From Candidatus Omnitrophota bacterium (GTDB lineage: Bacteria; Omnitrophota; Gorgyraeia; Zapsychrales; Fredricksoniimonadaceae), in the NCBI GenBank assembly GCA_043775535.1, contig JAYVSG010000076.1:1-40275 (forward strand): a stretch of DNA of 40,275 bases, in the 5' to 3' direction. The translations under genes were made by a program, and so were the position numbers. Of the stretch, positions 7,759 to 17,224 are shown piece after piece. The notes under the pieces were generated by a model. It saw only the letters and a list, made by a program, of their open reading frames with translations, was not told the DNA's origin and searched no databases. The first letter of the stretch is position 1; every line of letters starts with the position of its first letter.

Positions 7759-9351
7759 TTAATGTTTCAAGCGTTGCGTCACCAGGGTGACGATCTCATT
7801 GTACAAAGCGCTGCGGTCGATGGGTTTGGATACGTATCCATCCATGCCCGTGGCCAGATACCTCTCCCTATCGCCGGCCATGGCATTGGCGGTCATGGCG
7901 ATGATGGGCACATGCATGCCGGTCTGCTTTTCCTCCCGGCGTAAAACCTGGGTCGCTTCCACGCCCGTCAGGATGGGCATTTGGTCGTCCATGAGGATGA
8001 CGTCGAATGATTCCTTGGTCAGGATATCCAGCACTTCCTGCCCGTTGGCGACCGCGGTGACCTTCCATCCGAAACGTTCCAAGGTCTTGACCGCAATGCG
8101 CTGGTTGACCATGTTGTCCTCGGCCAGCAGGATACGCAGATTCTTGACCTCTTCGGGCAGGGCATCGGTGACTTCGACCTTGGATCCGCTGCCGGAATGC
8201 TTGAGCAGCAGGCCCGGGCGCACGGTGAAAATGATCTTGAAGGTAAACGTGCTTCCCTGTCCCTCGACGCTGTCGACCGTCAGGCTGCCGCGCATCATTT
8301 CCGTCAGCTTCTTGCAAATGGCCAAGCCCAAACCGGTGCCGCCATAACGGCGTGCGGTGGTATTGTGCGCGTCCGTAAAAACATCGAAAATATTGGCCAC
8401 ATTCTTTTTGGGGATACCGATACCCTGGTCAATGACCTCAAAAATAACAATACAATCCTTATCACTCAGGGACTCCATCTTGACATTGACCTGCACCTTG
8501 CCCTTATGGGTGAACTTGACCGCATTGCTGACGATATTGATGAGCACCTGGCGCAGGCGCACCGGGTCACCGATCATGAGCCTGGGAATGCGGGCATCGA
8601 TCTCCCACACCACATCAATGCCTTTATTGCGGGCAAGGACAGCAAGCCCCTTGCAGACGTTCTTGACGATATCAACGACATTGACCTCGACCTCTTCGAT
8701 CACGACCTTGCCGGCTTCCGCACGGGAAAGGTCAAGGATGTCATTGATAAGGCTGAGAAGATTATCCGCAGAGTCCTTCGCGACCTTCAAATTGTCGCGC
8801 TGCTCTTCATTAAGTTCGGTATCGAGGGTCAGATCCAGCATGCCGATGACGGCATTCATGGGGGTGCGCACTTCATGGGACATCTTGGCCAGGAACACGC
8901 TCTTGGCGGTATTGGCCTCTTCAGCCACCAGCTTGGCCTGCAACAATTCTTCTTCCACGCTTTTCTGGCGGGACATGTCATGCAGGATGCCGATGGCGCC
9001 CATGATCTGGCCGTTCTTGTCCTTCAAGACGGAGATGGACGCATTGACCGCGAGTTTGGTGCCGTCCTTGCAGATGACACAGGTGGCGATATCGGAAAGC
9101 ATCCCGGTCTTGCGAATGTTGAGCGCACGCATGCGCGTCCATTCTTCAGCAGGATAGAGGTCTTTGACGGGTTTGTTGAACAGTTCCTTACGGGTCATGC
9201 CCAGCATCTTCTCAGCCATGGGATTCCAGGCCGTGATGCGCTCATCCCGGTCGGTAACAGTGATCGCGGTCGGGGAATTCTCGAAAACAACCTTGAATAT
9301 TTCCTTGGATTCGACCAGCGCTTGTTCCAGATAGACGAGTTCTTTTTTCAT
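7759..9351 (-). CDS. Cytoplasmic hybrid sensor histidine kinase (PAS-HisKA-HATPase-receiver)
   Basis: 530 aa. PAS-like N-terminus, H-box SHEVRTPMNAVIGM, N-box NIVSNAVKFT, DQGIGI, GGTGLGLAICK. C-terminal receiver ILLAEDNMVNQ ... VILMDDQMP ... IIAMTANA ... VSKP. No TM helix. Confidence 0.9.
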   Translation of the reverse strand: MKKELVYLEQALVESKEIFKVVFENSPTAITVTDRDERITAWNPMAEKMLGMTRKELFNKPVKDLYPAEEWTRMRALNIRKTGMLSDIATCVICKDGTKLAVNASISVLKDKNGQIMGAIGILHDMSRQKSVEEELLQAKLVAEEANTAKSVFLAKMSHEVRTPMNAVIGMLDLTLDTELNEEQRDNLKVAKDSADNLLSLINDILDLSRAEAGKVVIEEVEVNVVDIVKNVCKGLAVLARNKGIDVVWEIDARIPRLMIGDPVRLRQVLINIVSNAVKFTHKGKVQVNVKMESLSDKDCIVIFEVIDQGIGIPKKNVANIFDVFTDAHNTTARRYGGTGLGLAICKKLTEMMRGSLTVDSVEGQGSTFTFKIIFTVRPGLLLKHSGSGSKVEVTDALPEEVKNLRILLAEDNMVNQRIAVKTLERFGWKVTAVANGQEVLDILTKESFDVILMDDQMPILTGVEATQVLRREEKQTGMHVPIIAMTANAMAGDRERYLATGMDGYVSKPIDRSALYNEIVTLVTQRLKH

Positions 9352-9357
9352 AGTCCT

Positions 9358-10134
9358 TTAGTATTTAGCTTTTATGGCTTCAATTTCTTTTTGGGCTGCC
9401 GTAATACGGTCCTTAACGAACGGATGCGTACGCAAGATCAGCGGCGGACCGCCCTTCTTATCGTTCTGTTGGAGCACGTAAAACACCTGTATCATAGCAC
9501 TTAAATCATAGCCCGCCAAATATAGATATTTAATTCCTAACCGGTCGGCCTCATACTCATCATGTCTGCTGTAGCCGCTCATGGCCAGCCCCATCAGCCC
9601 ATCCGCGCCTATGCCGGCGATATCACCGCTACCCGGCGCCCTCAACTCCAATACGCCCAGCACAAGGTTGCGCATCATGTCGTAGCCCAGCGCTCCCTGG
9701 AATTTCTTGACCGTATGCTTACCCGCATTATGCCCGATCTCGTGGGCCAGGACGGCCGCGATCTGGTCGTCGCGTTCCATCTTACGGAACAGTCCGGTAT
9801 AGAAATAGATGTGCCCGCCGGGTACCGTAAAGGCATTGATATCTTCGTCTTCGATCAGGTGGAAATGGTATTGGATGTCCTGCCGGTCACTGACCCGGGC
9901 CACCCTTTGCCCGATGTTTTCCAGGCGGCGGGATTCGGCCGTACCCTCAATGATCCTGCTCTTGGAGGAAAGCTCGGCATTGATCTGATTGCCCATCGCC
10001 ACCTCGGAAGAAGTGGAAATAAAGATCATTTCATTGCGGCCGGTCGCGGTATTATACGTCATGCAGCCGCTAAGGAAGATCAAGCAGAAAAGAAGTTTAA
10101 CGCTCGAATTTGACCACATTTTGCCACCAGTCAT
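9358..10134 (-). CDS. M48-family zinc metallopeptidase, lipoprotein
   Basis: 258 aa. HEIGH within LAHEIGHNAG. Lipobox LIFLSGC. An alternative ATG at 10119 (MWSNSS..) gives the same signal peptide. Confidence 0.85.
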   Translation of the reverse strand: MTGGKMWSNSSVKLLFCLIFLSGCMTYNTATGRNEMIFISTSSEVAMGNQINAELSSKSRIIEGTAESRRLENIGQRVARVSDRQDIQYHFHLIEDEDINAFTVPGGHIYFYTGLFRKMERDDQIAAVLAHEIGHNAGKHTVKKFQGALGYDMMRNLVLGVLELRAPGSGDIAGIGADGLMGLAMSGYSRHDEYEADRLGIKYLYLAGYDLSAMIQVFYVLQQNDKKGGPPLILRTHPFVKDRITAAQKEIEAIKAKY

Positions 10135-10705
10135 GGCTGTCCCATTTGAGAGCTTGGGCCCAGAGTTTCTTTGCCGTCGGTGTTTTTAAATGGTCGGGGG
10201 CGCGCTTGAAGAATGTTTTGGCGACAGGATAGCCGTTGTCGACATATTCCTTGGCCTGCAAGAGGCATTCGAGGATGTCCGCGTCGCGGGCCACAATACT
10301 TTCCTTGGAGGCCTGACCTTCGTATTCGGTCCTGATGACGGTCAACGCGCGCGTCACCTTGGCATCGAGCCGGGCGATCTGGTCCTTGAATACCTTCTTC
10401 TCAGCGTCGCGGAACTCGATGTAATAATGCCCCATCTTGTGCAGATCATTGATGCGGGCTTCGTGGATATCATTGAACAGGGCCATGGTCACAGCCTTGT
10501 AAGGATCTACATCTTCAACGTGCGCAATGTAGAACGCGATGACGGCGCAGCGAAAACAATGTTCGGCCACCGTTTCAGGGTTCTCAATGCCGGCAACCCA
10601 CCAGCCGCTCCTCTTGACGCGTTTGAGCAAGCCCGCTTCGGCAAAGAAATCAAGCGCGCTGGCGTACTGTTTCCCAGCAGATGATGGACGCTGCGTGCGC
10701 GACAT
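10097..10705 (-). CDS. HD-superfamily (YfbR/HDDC2-like) phosphohydrolase with a variant ND dyad
   Basis: 202 aa. LKRVKRSGW, VAEHCFRCAVIAF, MALFNDIHEARINDL (ND where HD is expected), ARDADILECLLQAKEY. The only in-frame start is ATG 10705, giving a 56-nt overlap with the rlmB 3' end. Confidence 0.7.
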   Translation of the reverse strand: MSRTQRPSSAGKQYASALDFFAEAGLLKRVKRSGWWVAGIENPETVAEHCFRCAVIAFYIAHVEDVDPYKAVTMALFNDIHEARINDLHKMGHYYIEFRDAEKKVFKDQIARLDAKVTRALTVIRTEYEGQASKESIVARDADILECLLQAKEYVDNGYPVAKTFFKRAPDHLKTPTAKKLWAQALKWDSHDWWQNVVKFER

Positions 10706-11366
10706 TGAGGGACATCCTTTCGTTTTTCATGGGGATCATGATCTCGGCGTCGATCTTCTTACGGATGACATCCCGGACCCCTTTTTCCTCAGAACCCAGG
10801 ACAAAGCCCATGGGGAATTGGAATTTCACCTTGTCCATGGCGGGAGCACTCTCAACCGCGGTGCTGATGATCCAGATACCCTCGTTCTTGGCTTTTTGGA
10901 TGGCATTGGCCAAATTGCTGACGCGGGCAACCCCCAGATAATTCTCTCCGCCGCAGGCGACCCTCAACACCGCCTCGGTAACCCCCACCGCTTCGGTGGT
11001 CGGCACGATGATATCGAACCCACCCAAGGAGCCGGCCGTGCGGATGATGCCGCCCAAGTTCTGCGGATCGGTCAAATTATCAATGAAGATCAGGGTGCGT
11101 TTCTTTTCCAATGCTTGAGCGATCATTTCGCCAAAATCCATATATTTGAAATCTTCGACGTCAGCCACAATGCCCTGGGTATTGACGCTCTGGGCCAACC
11201 TTTGGATCTTGGAATACGGGACCTTGGACACAGGAATATTATGCTGGTTGCATTTCTTGAACACATAGATGCTCTCGATATGCCCCTCTTCGATCAGGAC
11301 ATGCCGTATGCTTTTGGGATTGACCTTGATGCGTTCTAAGACCGGGTTCTTTCCGTACAGTTTCAC
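10650..11366 (-). CDS. rlmB: 23S rRNA 2'-O-ribose methyltransferase, RlmB-like (SpoU family)
   Basis: Trimmed from ORF 10650..11558 to GTG 11366, which reads (M)KLYGKNPVLERIK, a typical RlmB N-terminus. This start overlaps the GT2 stop as GTGA and has GGGGA upstream. SpoU motifs DPQNLGGIIRTAGSLG, FVLGSEEKG, IPMKNERMSLNVAHAASI. Confidence 0.8.
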   Translation of the reverse strand: MKLYGKNPVLERIKVNPKSIRHVLIEEGHIESIYVFKKCNQHNIPVSKVPYSKIQRLAQSVNTQGIVADVEDFKYMDFGEMIAQALEKKRTLIFIDNLTDPQNLGGIIRTAGSLGGFDIIVPTTEAVGVTEAVLRVACGGENYLGVARVSNLANAIQKAKNEGIWIISTAVESAPAMDKVKFQFPMGFVLGSEEKGVRDVIRKKIDAEIMIPMKNERMSLNVAHAASIICWETVRQRA

Positions 11367-12100
11367 TTTTTTATCCCCAATCTGAGATAGAACAGCGGGC
11401 GCAGGATGCTCCACCAGCTGATGAAGGGTATCATTTTGGTATAGCCTCCCAATTGTTTGGGCGGGTAGATCTTGGTGACAAAAACTTCCTTGAACTTGAA
11501 TCCCAAGGTAACGGCTTTCCAAAGGATATAGGGTTCCAGTTCGTAGGTGTCCATCCATGCCTGGTCCAGGTTGATGCGCTTATCCTCGAACATCTTAACA
11601 CGCATGGCCCGAAAACCATTGGTGGTATCTGTGACCTTGCGGCCGGTGAACAAGGAAAACACATAAGGATGCATGCGGGTCGCCAGCTTGCGGTAAAAAG
11701 GCATGTCCCCGCCGGAACCGACCTTGCCAAAATAACGCGAGCCCTGCACTAGGTCATAGCCCTCTTCCACGACAGGGACCAAAAGGAACGGGATCTCTTC
11801 CGGGTTGTCCTTGTCGTTGCCCGCCATGATGACCAGGATATCGTAATGATTGGCCTGTGCGTAACGGATGGCGGTGCGGATGGCCGCGCCCACCCCGCTG
11901 CGCTTAGGATGTTTGACGCTTTTGACGCCTTGGGCAGAATAGCTTGCGATCATCTCCGTAGTGCCATCGTCGGAACCGTCATCCACGATCATGTAATCGA
12001 CCTTGGTATGGACACGGCTCTTCAGAAAACGCTCGATGACATTCTTGAGCTTTATCTTTTCATTAAAAGCGACAGGGGAAACAAGGATCTTGGGGGTCAT
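11363..12100 (-). CDS. GT2 glycosyltransferase, polyprenyl-phosphate sugar synthase type (Dpm1/ArnC/GtrB-like)
   Basis: 245 aa. MIVDDGSDDGT, LVQGSRY, TNGFRAM. Short soluble GT-A type. Confidence 0.8.
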   Translation of the reverse strand: MTPKILVSPVAFNEKIKLKNVIERFLKSRVHTKVDYMIVDDGSDDGTTEMIASYSAQGVKSVKHPKRSGVGAAIRTAIRYAQANHYDILVIMAGNDKDNPEEIPFLLVPVVEEGYDLVQGSRYFGKVGSGGDMPFYRKLATRMHPYVFSLFTGRKVTDTTNGFRAMRVKMFEDKRINLDQAWMDTYELEPYILWKAVTLGFKFKEVFVTKIYPPKQLGGYTKMIPFISWWSILRPLFYLRLGIKK

Positions 12101-12567
12101 GAAGGACTGTTTATCTTCCTAGCCGGGTTTCCGGCAACGGTGGTATGTGCAGCAACATCGCGCGTGACCATTGATCCTGCGCCGACCATGGCGCCTTCGC
12201 CGATCGTCACCCCGCACATGATGGTGGCATTGGCCCCGATGGTGGCGCCCTTCTTGACCAGGACCTTCTCGAGCTTCCAGGCGTCCGGGCGATTAGAGCG
12301 CGGATGGCGGTCATTGATGAACGCAACGCCTGCGCCAACGAAAACATCGTCTTCAAGCGTGACGCCGTCCCAAACACACACATGATTCTTCAACGTGACG
12401 TGGTTGCCGATCACAGCGCCTTTTTCAATGAAACAGCCGTCGCAAATATTGCACTGGCTGCCGACCACGGCACCGGCCAGAATGTTAGCAAAGGCCCACA
12501 CGCGTGTGCCTTCGCCCACAACAGCTTCAGGATGCACCAGCGCTTTTTCATGCTTAAAGAAACTCAT
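12097..12567 (-). CDS. Hexapeptide-repeat (left-handed beta-helix) sugar N-acetyltransferase, WbpD/WlbB-like
   Basis: 156 aa of imperfect hexapeptide repeats (VGEGTRVWAFANILAGAVVGSQCNICDGCFIEKGAVIGNHVTL...). Start overlaps the oxidoreductase stop (ATGA). Confidence 0.8.
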   Translation of the reverse strand: MSFFKHEKALVHPEAVVGEGTRVWAFANILAGAVVGSQCNICDGCFIEKGAVIGNHVTLKNHVCVWDGVTLEDDVFVGAGVAFINDRHPRSNRPDAWKLEKVLVKKGATIGANATIMCGVTIGEGAMVGAGSMVTRDVAAHTTVAGNPARKINSPS

Positions 12568-13583
12568 AGTTTAACCAGCTCGCCCTTGCGGTTGACGCTT
12601 TCCTGGATGGCGACCAGGGTGCGCACCACATCATAGGCACGGCGAGCATCAGCCAATAACGGCTCCGCCCCTTTGGTGATGCAGTCGATGAAATACTGCG
12701 CCTGGGTCTTGAGCGGTTCATTGAAGCCCAGTTTCGGGATCAGGATGCTGCCTTCCTGGGACAATAATTGGAATTCACCATAAGTTTCGTAATACACGCT
12801 GGTCTTCTCGACGTGCTTGTCATAGAGCTTGATGGGTCCTTCGGCATCCAGGTCGTCCCAGGCCACCATCTTCTTGTCGCCGACAACGGTGATCTGGCGC
12901 ACCTTCTTGGGGTCCAGCCAGCTGACGTGCACATTGACCATGACACCGGGATAATCCAGGGTCGCGAAGGTCAGGTCTTCAAGCTTGTCGCCCAGACATT
13001 TGGCCCCGCGGGCGGAAACGCTCAACGGGCAGCTGCTGAACAGATAATTGAAAATGGAAATGTCATGCGGGGCCAAGTCCCAAAGGGCGTTGACGTCGTA
13101 ACGGAAGGGCCCTAGGTTGGTGCGCTCAGAGTGGGCGTAGTGGATCTTGCCCAATTCCCCGTTCTGAATATATTCGCGCATCTTGACAATGCCCTGGTTG
13201 AACACGAACACATGCCCCACCATCAGGACCTTCTTATACGTGTGGGCCAATTCTTCAAGGATGAGACATTCCTTGGGATCCAAGGACAAGGGCTTCTCAC
13301 ACAGGACGTGCTTGCCGGCGGCCAATGCTTCCTGGGCCAGCTTGAAATGGAAATTTGTCGGCACCGCGATGACAACAGCGTCGATGGCCGGGTTCTTCAG
13401 GATGTCTTTGTAGTCCTTGGTCGGGATGATGGACGGGAAAAGCGTGGTGATGGCAGACAGGCGCCGCTCATCCAGGTCCGCACACATGAGGACCTTGGAA
13501 GAAGACGACTGGTTAAAAATACGTATGTGGTTCGGCCCCCAATGCCCGCAGCCGATGACGCCGACAGAAATCATAGGTGGCAT
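12564..13583 (-). CDS. Gfo/Idh/MocA-family NAD(P) sugar oxidoreductase, WbpB/WlbA-like
   Basis: 339 aa. Rossmann N-terminus ISVGVIGCGHWGPNHIR, EKPL motif. Paired with the WbpD-like acetyltransferase. Confidence 0.85.
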   Translation of the reverse strand: MPPMISVGVIGCGHWGPNHIRIFNQSSSSKVLMCADLDERRLSAITTLFPSIIPTKDYKDILKNPAIDAVVIAVPTNFHFKLAQEALAAGKHVLCEKPLSLDPKECLILEELAHTYKKVLMVGHVFVFNQGIVKMREYIQNGELGKIHYAHSERTNLGPFRYDVNALWDLAPHDISIFNYLFSSCPLSVSARGAKCLGDKLEDLTFATLDYPGVMVNVHVSWLDPKKVRQITVVGDKKMVAWDDLDAEGPIKLYDKHVEKTSVYYETYGEFQLLSQEGSILIPKLGFNEPLKTQAQYFIDCITKGAEPLLADARRAYDVVRTLVAIQESVNRKGELVKL

Positions 13584-13627
13584 TATACTTAAAAAAGTCG
13601 GGCAATCAAACGCAATTCTTCAGGGGT

Positions 13628-16600
13628 TTATACCCCGGCCAAACGCTCTTCTTCCTCCTTGGCAGGCGCTAGCCCAAGCAAGGGACGGATAATATCTGCC
13701 GTGACAGGCGTGATCTGGATAATAACCGGCACCACGCTTTGCACGCCATCTTTGCGGATACGCTCAACCATGGCCGGATCGAAATCCACCTTGACCCCGT
13801 CGTTGGCGTCCTGGGTAATGCTCATGCCCATATTGGTAGAGTCAAGATCGATACCGCCTCGTATCTCTGGCTTGATCATCGCCGCATCAGCCGAATGACC
13901 GCGCAAGAAATCGACAGCATCTTTCAGATCGGCCGGATCCCTAAGCGCAATAAAGGTCCGACGAGCAACACCCTCGCCTTCATACCCATAAATAGTAGGC
14001 GGAAACCGCGGGTCCAGATTGATATTAGGATCATTTGCATACCCGATAAATGGCCTCTTCTTGCCATCGATCTCTCTTTGTTGACCTTCATCCCGCATTC
14101 TCTTTATGATCTGCTGTGCAATGGTCTCAACAGAATCGCCTTGGCTGGCCGCCAAGAAGGCAGCAACGACCGTTGCTGCTCCGGCAACTGCCAAGAGCGT
14201 TACACTATTGCCCTTTGGACTTTGCAGCCAATCGGTGACCTTTGTCAAATAATCCACTGGAAGAACGCTGGATGCCAGAATAACAACAGCCTGAGCATTC
14301 ATCGCACCATCCTGCGTGCTGACATTAGGGGTTTTGTTGGCGAGGAACTTGCTTAACATAATGCCTACCCCCACCCCAAGCCCTACTGTTACAGCATCTG
14401 GAATGATATAATTCAAATAGTACGAAGAAGGCAGATGTTCCAAGAAACGATGCAGGGTTTCTGAAGGCCAGATGCCAGTGAAGGTCGGTTTGGCAGTCGC
14501 TAGGTATGAAAGCGCGACAAAGACCGGCAGTTGGGAATTATAAAAGACCCGTCTCGCCGGATTGCCCTTGAACGTCTCCAGGGCTTTCAATCTTGCATCA
14601 TTGATACCATTGCCATTTGTCTTTGCATCCAAAGCCGCTTGTTTGAGCTCATCCGCAAATTTCTCAAAACCAGCTATCCCTCCGCCGATCATGCTGCCTG
14701 TTACGCCGAGCAGCCCCGCAAACCAGGGTGCGAAGTCAACATTGAGTCCAGCCATTGCTCCAAGCACGCCTCCGGAAGAAAGCGTTGTCAGGGCTCCCAC
14801 GATATGCCAGACATCCTTACGGAAGCGTGTATAATATTCTATTTTCTCATCGATCGTTTGAGCCTTCCTGCCTTGACGTAATTCATACTCGCTCTTAAGT
14901 ATGGCGGCAAATAATGTGGCCATGCCGGTAAAGTGCACACCCAAGACCGCTTGATATGGCGTAAGCTCTTGTAATGCCGCAGCCAGCATAGCTCCATCTT
15001 CACCACCGACCATTGCCATGTCGGTTACAACAGACATAACGTATGTCGAACCCTCCTGCTGTGCAAAATTAAGCCCCACTCCTTTTGCAAATCGTGGATT
15101 ATACAGCATTACCCTGTTGAACTTTGTCATAAGATCCATGCTCAACCTGCCCTTAACGTCAATTTCCACCAACGGGGTAAAATCGAACACGAGGACCTTG
15201 GGCGCAATGCCCTTGTCCCCCACCTCGATCCCCGGCGCACCTGATCTGAATCCCTGTGCCAATGCATCGAGCTGCATTGCCATCTGTAAGCTTTTGTCCT
15301 GTTCAGACAAACGACCCACGACCAAGGGGCCTTGCTGATCCCCGATTATTACATATCTTTCATTCCCAGCTTCAGACAGGCCAAATAACTTATTGAACGT
15401 TTGCCGATCTTCTGCTGTAAGCCCTTTCAATTCGAAGAAAGACAATCCGCTCGACAGCCGCTCCGCCTGTTTCAGGTCAAAAGAAGCTTTTAAAAGCACC
15501 TTCTTTTCTTTCTGAGGCTGCGCATTACTCTCCGATTTCTTACGTTCGATCGTAAATATTCCCACCGAGCCGCCCCTGATCGATGAGATCACATTCGACA
15601 CCACGGTTACGAAACCGGGATCCTCGTTAATGCTTATTCCCTTGCTAACGACCATCGCGGTCAAGTAATCATCGATAAAGTCATTATACCCGTTGATCTT
15701 GATGATATGGACCGGCTGAGGACTTCCATTGTATAAGGCGATCGCCGTACCAAAGAGCCCTGACCGATTAGCTGCTAACACTAACCTGACTTCTTTATAC
15801 TTCCCAGAAAAGGATGCCAGCCTTACAAGTGCAGACAATTGTTCCTTTGTTTGGGAATCGCCCAAGACTAAAGGTGTCTCACCAAAACCGATCTCCCCAA
15901 CTCGGCCGATCTCCTGGTGTCTGGCAATATCCATCTTCAATTCCACCGGCTTAAAATCATCCGGTACCATCACGGTCATGGCCCTATCTATCGGCTTAGA
16001 CACGACCGGTTTATTGACGTTAATAGCGACCTTTATGGCATAGTCTTCGCCCAATGGTCTTACAGCGCGCGCTCCCATGGCTGGATCGGTGGTGACATGC
16101 AGCATGGCCGGATCTGTGACATACCCGCCAGAGAAGTATTTGCGTGGTGTTTGGCTTGTCTCACCAGACACAACGTTGGTTGTGTCTGGGTCTTTAATAT
16201 AGTTGAATACGCCCTTCTTATACGCCTGAAGGTACTGCTCATAGATCTTTTGCTTATCACCCGTATCAGTCAGGTTAACGCCCTTGACCGTCGACTTGTC
16301 CGCGTAGACTTGATTCAGCAGGGCCTCTTTGAGATTTTTCTTGTACCACGTAGCCAGGATCTGGGAATTGAATATCTGCCTTAACATGGCAAAATTCTTT
16401 CCGGTATTGACTTCTTTCTCGATCTCAGGAAGGATGATCTCCCGGACGATCTGGGATGAAATATTGCTGGCCTTGGTCTCTGAACGGACTTCGTTCTTCT
16501 TGAGCGCATTGTAATCTTCTTCCAGCATGACCTTCAAATGCCCATCCACCACGAATGCGGTCTGATTGTGTTCATAAACCGTCGCCTTGTCCGCCATGAT

Positions 16601-17134
16601 CCACACCTTATTAAAGGTATTGACCGGAACTTCCGTCGTGCCGTACATCTGCTGGGCTTTGGCGTAGACCCTGTCCCAGAAATTCTTACCCAGTTCTTTC
16701 TCCGGGTATATCAAGGAAGCAGTGAGCTGTTTTAAGATGTAGTCCTGTGCCAGGAGATCACGTCCCAAGGCTGTTTCTCCCAGGGCCTGGGGCACCATAC
16801 GGTCTTTTTCGTAAGGGGACAGGTTGACCCAAAGGTCTTTCTCGGGAATGGTCAGGCAGGCAAAGAAATACTTCATCAATCTGTCGCCTTCAACTTTTAA
16901 GGCCTCCCCTTGCAGGGTGCTGTTGCCCGTATCCAAGATAAAATCGAAGAGGAAGGGATTGTCCTGATGCACGGTCAAACCTTTGATCAAGGCCGGTTGG
17001 TACACAGGGCTTAAATTGACCATGGCGCCTGGAACAGGCAGGCCTAAGACAGCGGCATGGGCTTGAGGGATGGGCGCCAGTGTGGAGGCAATAAAGGCAA
17101 CGATCAATAATACGCTAAGCGGTCTTTTAAGCAT
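13628..17134 (-). CDS. Large (1168 aa) exported and membrane-embedded protein of unknown function
   Basis: Longest ORF in the window. GGAG lies 7 nt upstream of ATG 17134. Signal peptide MLKRPLSVLLIVAFIASTLAPIPQAHA. About 700 aa of soluble region, then hydrophobic helices across roughly residues 730-1000, then a C-terminal GGIDL...FDPAM...VPVIIQITPV segment. I recognise no catalytic motif. Confidence 0.8.
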   Translation of the reverse strand: MLKRPLSVLLIVAFIASTLAPIPQAHAAVLGLPVPGAMVNLSPVYQPALIKGLTVHQDNPFLFDFILDTGNSTLQGEALKVEGDRLMKYFFACLTIPEKDLWVNLSPYEKDRMVPQALGETALGRDLLAQDYILKQLTASLIYPEKELGKNFWDRVYAKAQQMYGTTEVPVNTFNKVWIMADKATVYEHNQTAFVVDGHLKVMLEEDYNALKKNEVRSETKASNISSQIVREIILPEIEKEVNTGKNFAMLRQIFNSQILATWYKKNLKEALLNQVYADKSTVKGVNLTDTGDKQKIYEQYLQAYKKGVFNYIKDPDTTNVVSGETSQTPRKYFSGGYVTDPAMLHVTTDPAMGARAVRPLGEDYAIKVAINVNKPVVSKPIDRAMTVMVPDDFKPVELKMDIARHQEIGRVGEIGFGETPLVLGDSQTKEQLSALVRLASFSGKYKEVRLVLAANRSGLFGTAIALYNGSPQPVHIIKINGYNDFIDDYLTAMVVSKGISINEDPGFVTVVSNVISSIRGGSVGIFTIERKKSESNAQPQKEKKVLLKASFDLKQAERLSSGLSFFELKGLTAEDRQTFNKLFGLSEAGNERYVIIGDQQGPLVVGRLSEQDKSLQMAMQLDALAQGFRSGAPGIEVGDKGIAPKVLVFDFTPLVEIDVKGRLSMDLMTKFNRVMLYNPRFAKGVGLNFAQQEGSTYVMSVVTDMAMVGGEDGAMLAAALQELTPYQAVLGVHFTGMATLFAAILKSEYELRQGRKAQTIDEKIEYYTRFRKDVWHIVGALTTLSSGGVLGAMAGLNVDFAPWFAGLLGVTGSMIGGGIAGFEKFADELKQAALDAKTNGNGINDARLKALETFKGNPARRVFYNSQLPVFVALSYLATAKPTFTGIWPSETLHRFLEHLPSSYYLNYIIPDAVTVGLGVGVGIMLSKFLANKTPNVSTQDGAMNAQAVVILASSVLPVDYLTKVTDWLQSPKGNSVTLLAVAGAATVVAAFLAASQGDSVETIAQQIIKRMRDEGQQREIDGKKRPFIGYANDPNINLDPRFPPTIYGYEGEGVARRTFIALRDPADLKDAVDFLRGHSADAAMIKPEIRGGIDLDSTNMGMSITQDANDGVKVDFDPAMVERIRKDGVQSVVPVIIQITPVTADIIRPLLGLAPAKEEEERLAGV

Positions 17135-17224
17135 GGGATCTCCAAATCAGGATTTTTAAAATGGTGTTATACGCAAACGTAAACGCAGGAGGCAATGTAT
17201 TTTAGGGAAGATATGAGTTACGAA

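Noticed and set aside
8197-9504. 435-aa ORF on the plus strand opposite the hybrid histidine kinase
   Set aside because: It is antisense to a gene with complete kinase and receiver motifs. The translation is low-information (G/A/H/D/L-rich), has no recognisable motif and runs across a gene boundary. This is the typical shadow ORF of moderately GC-rich DNA.
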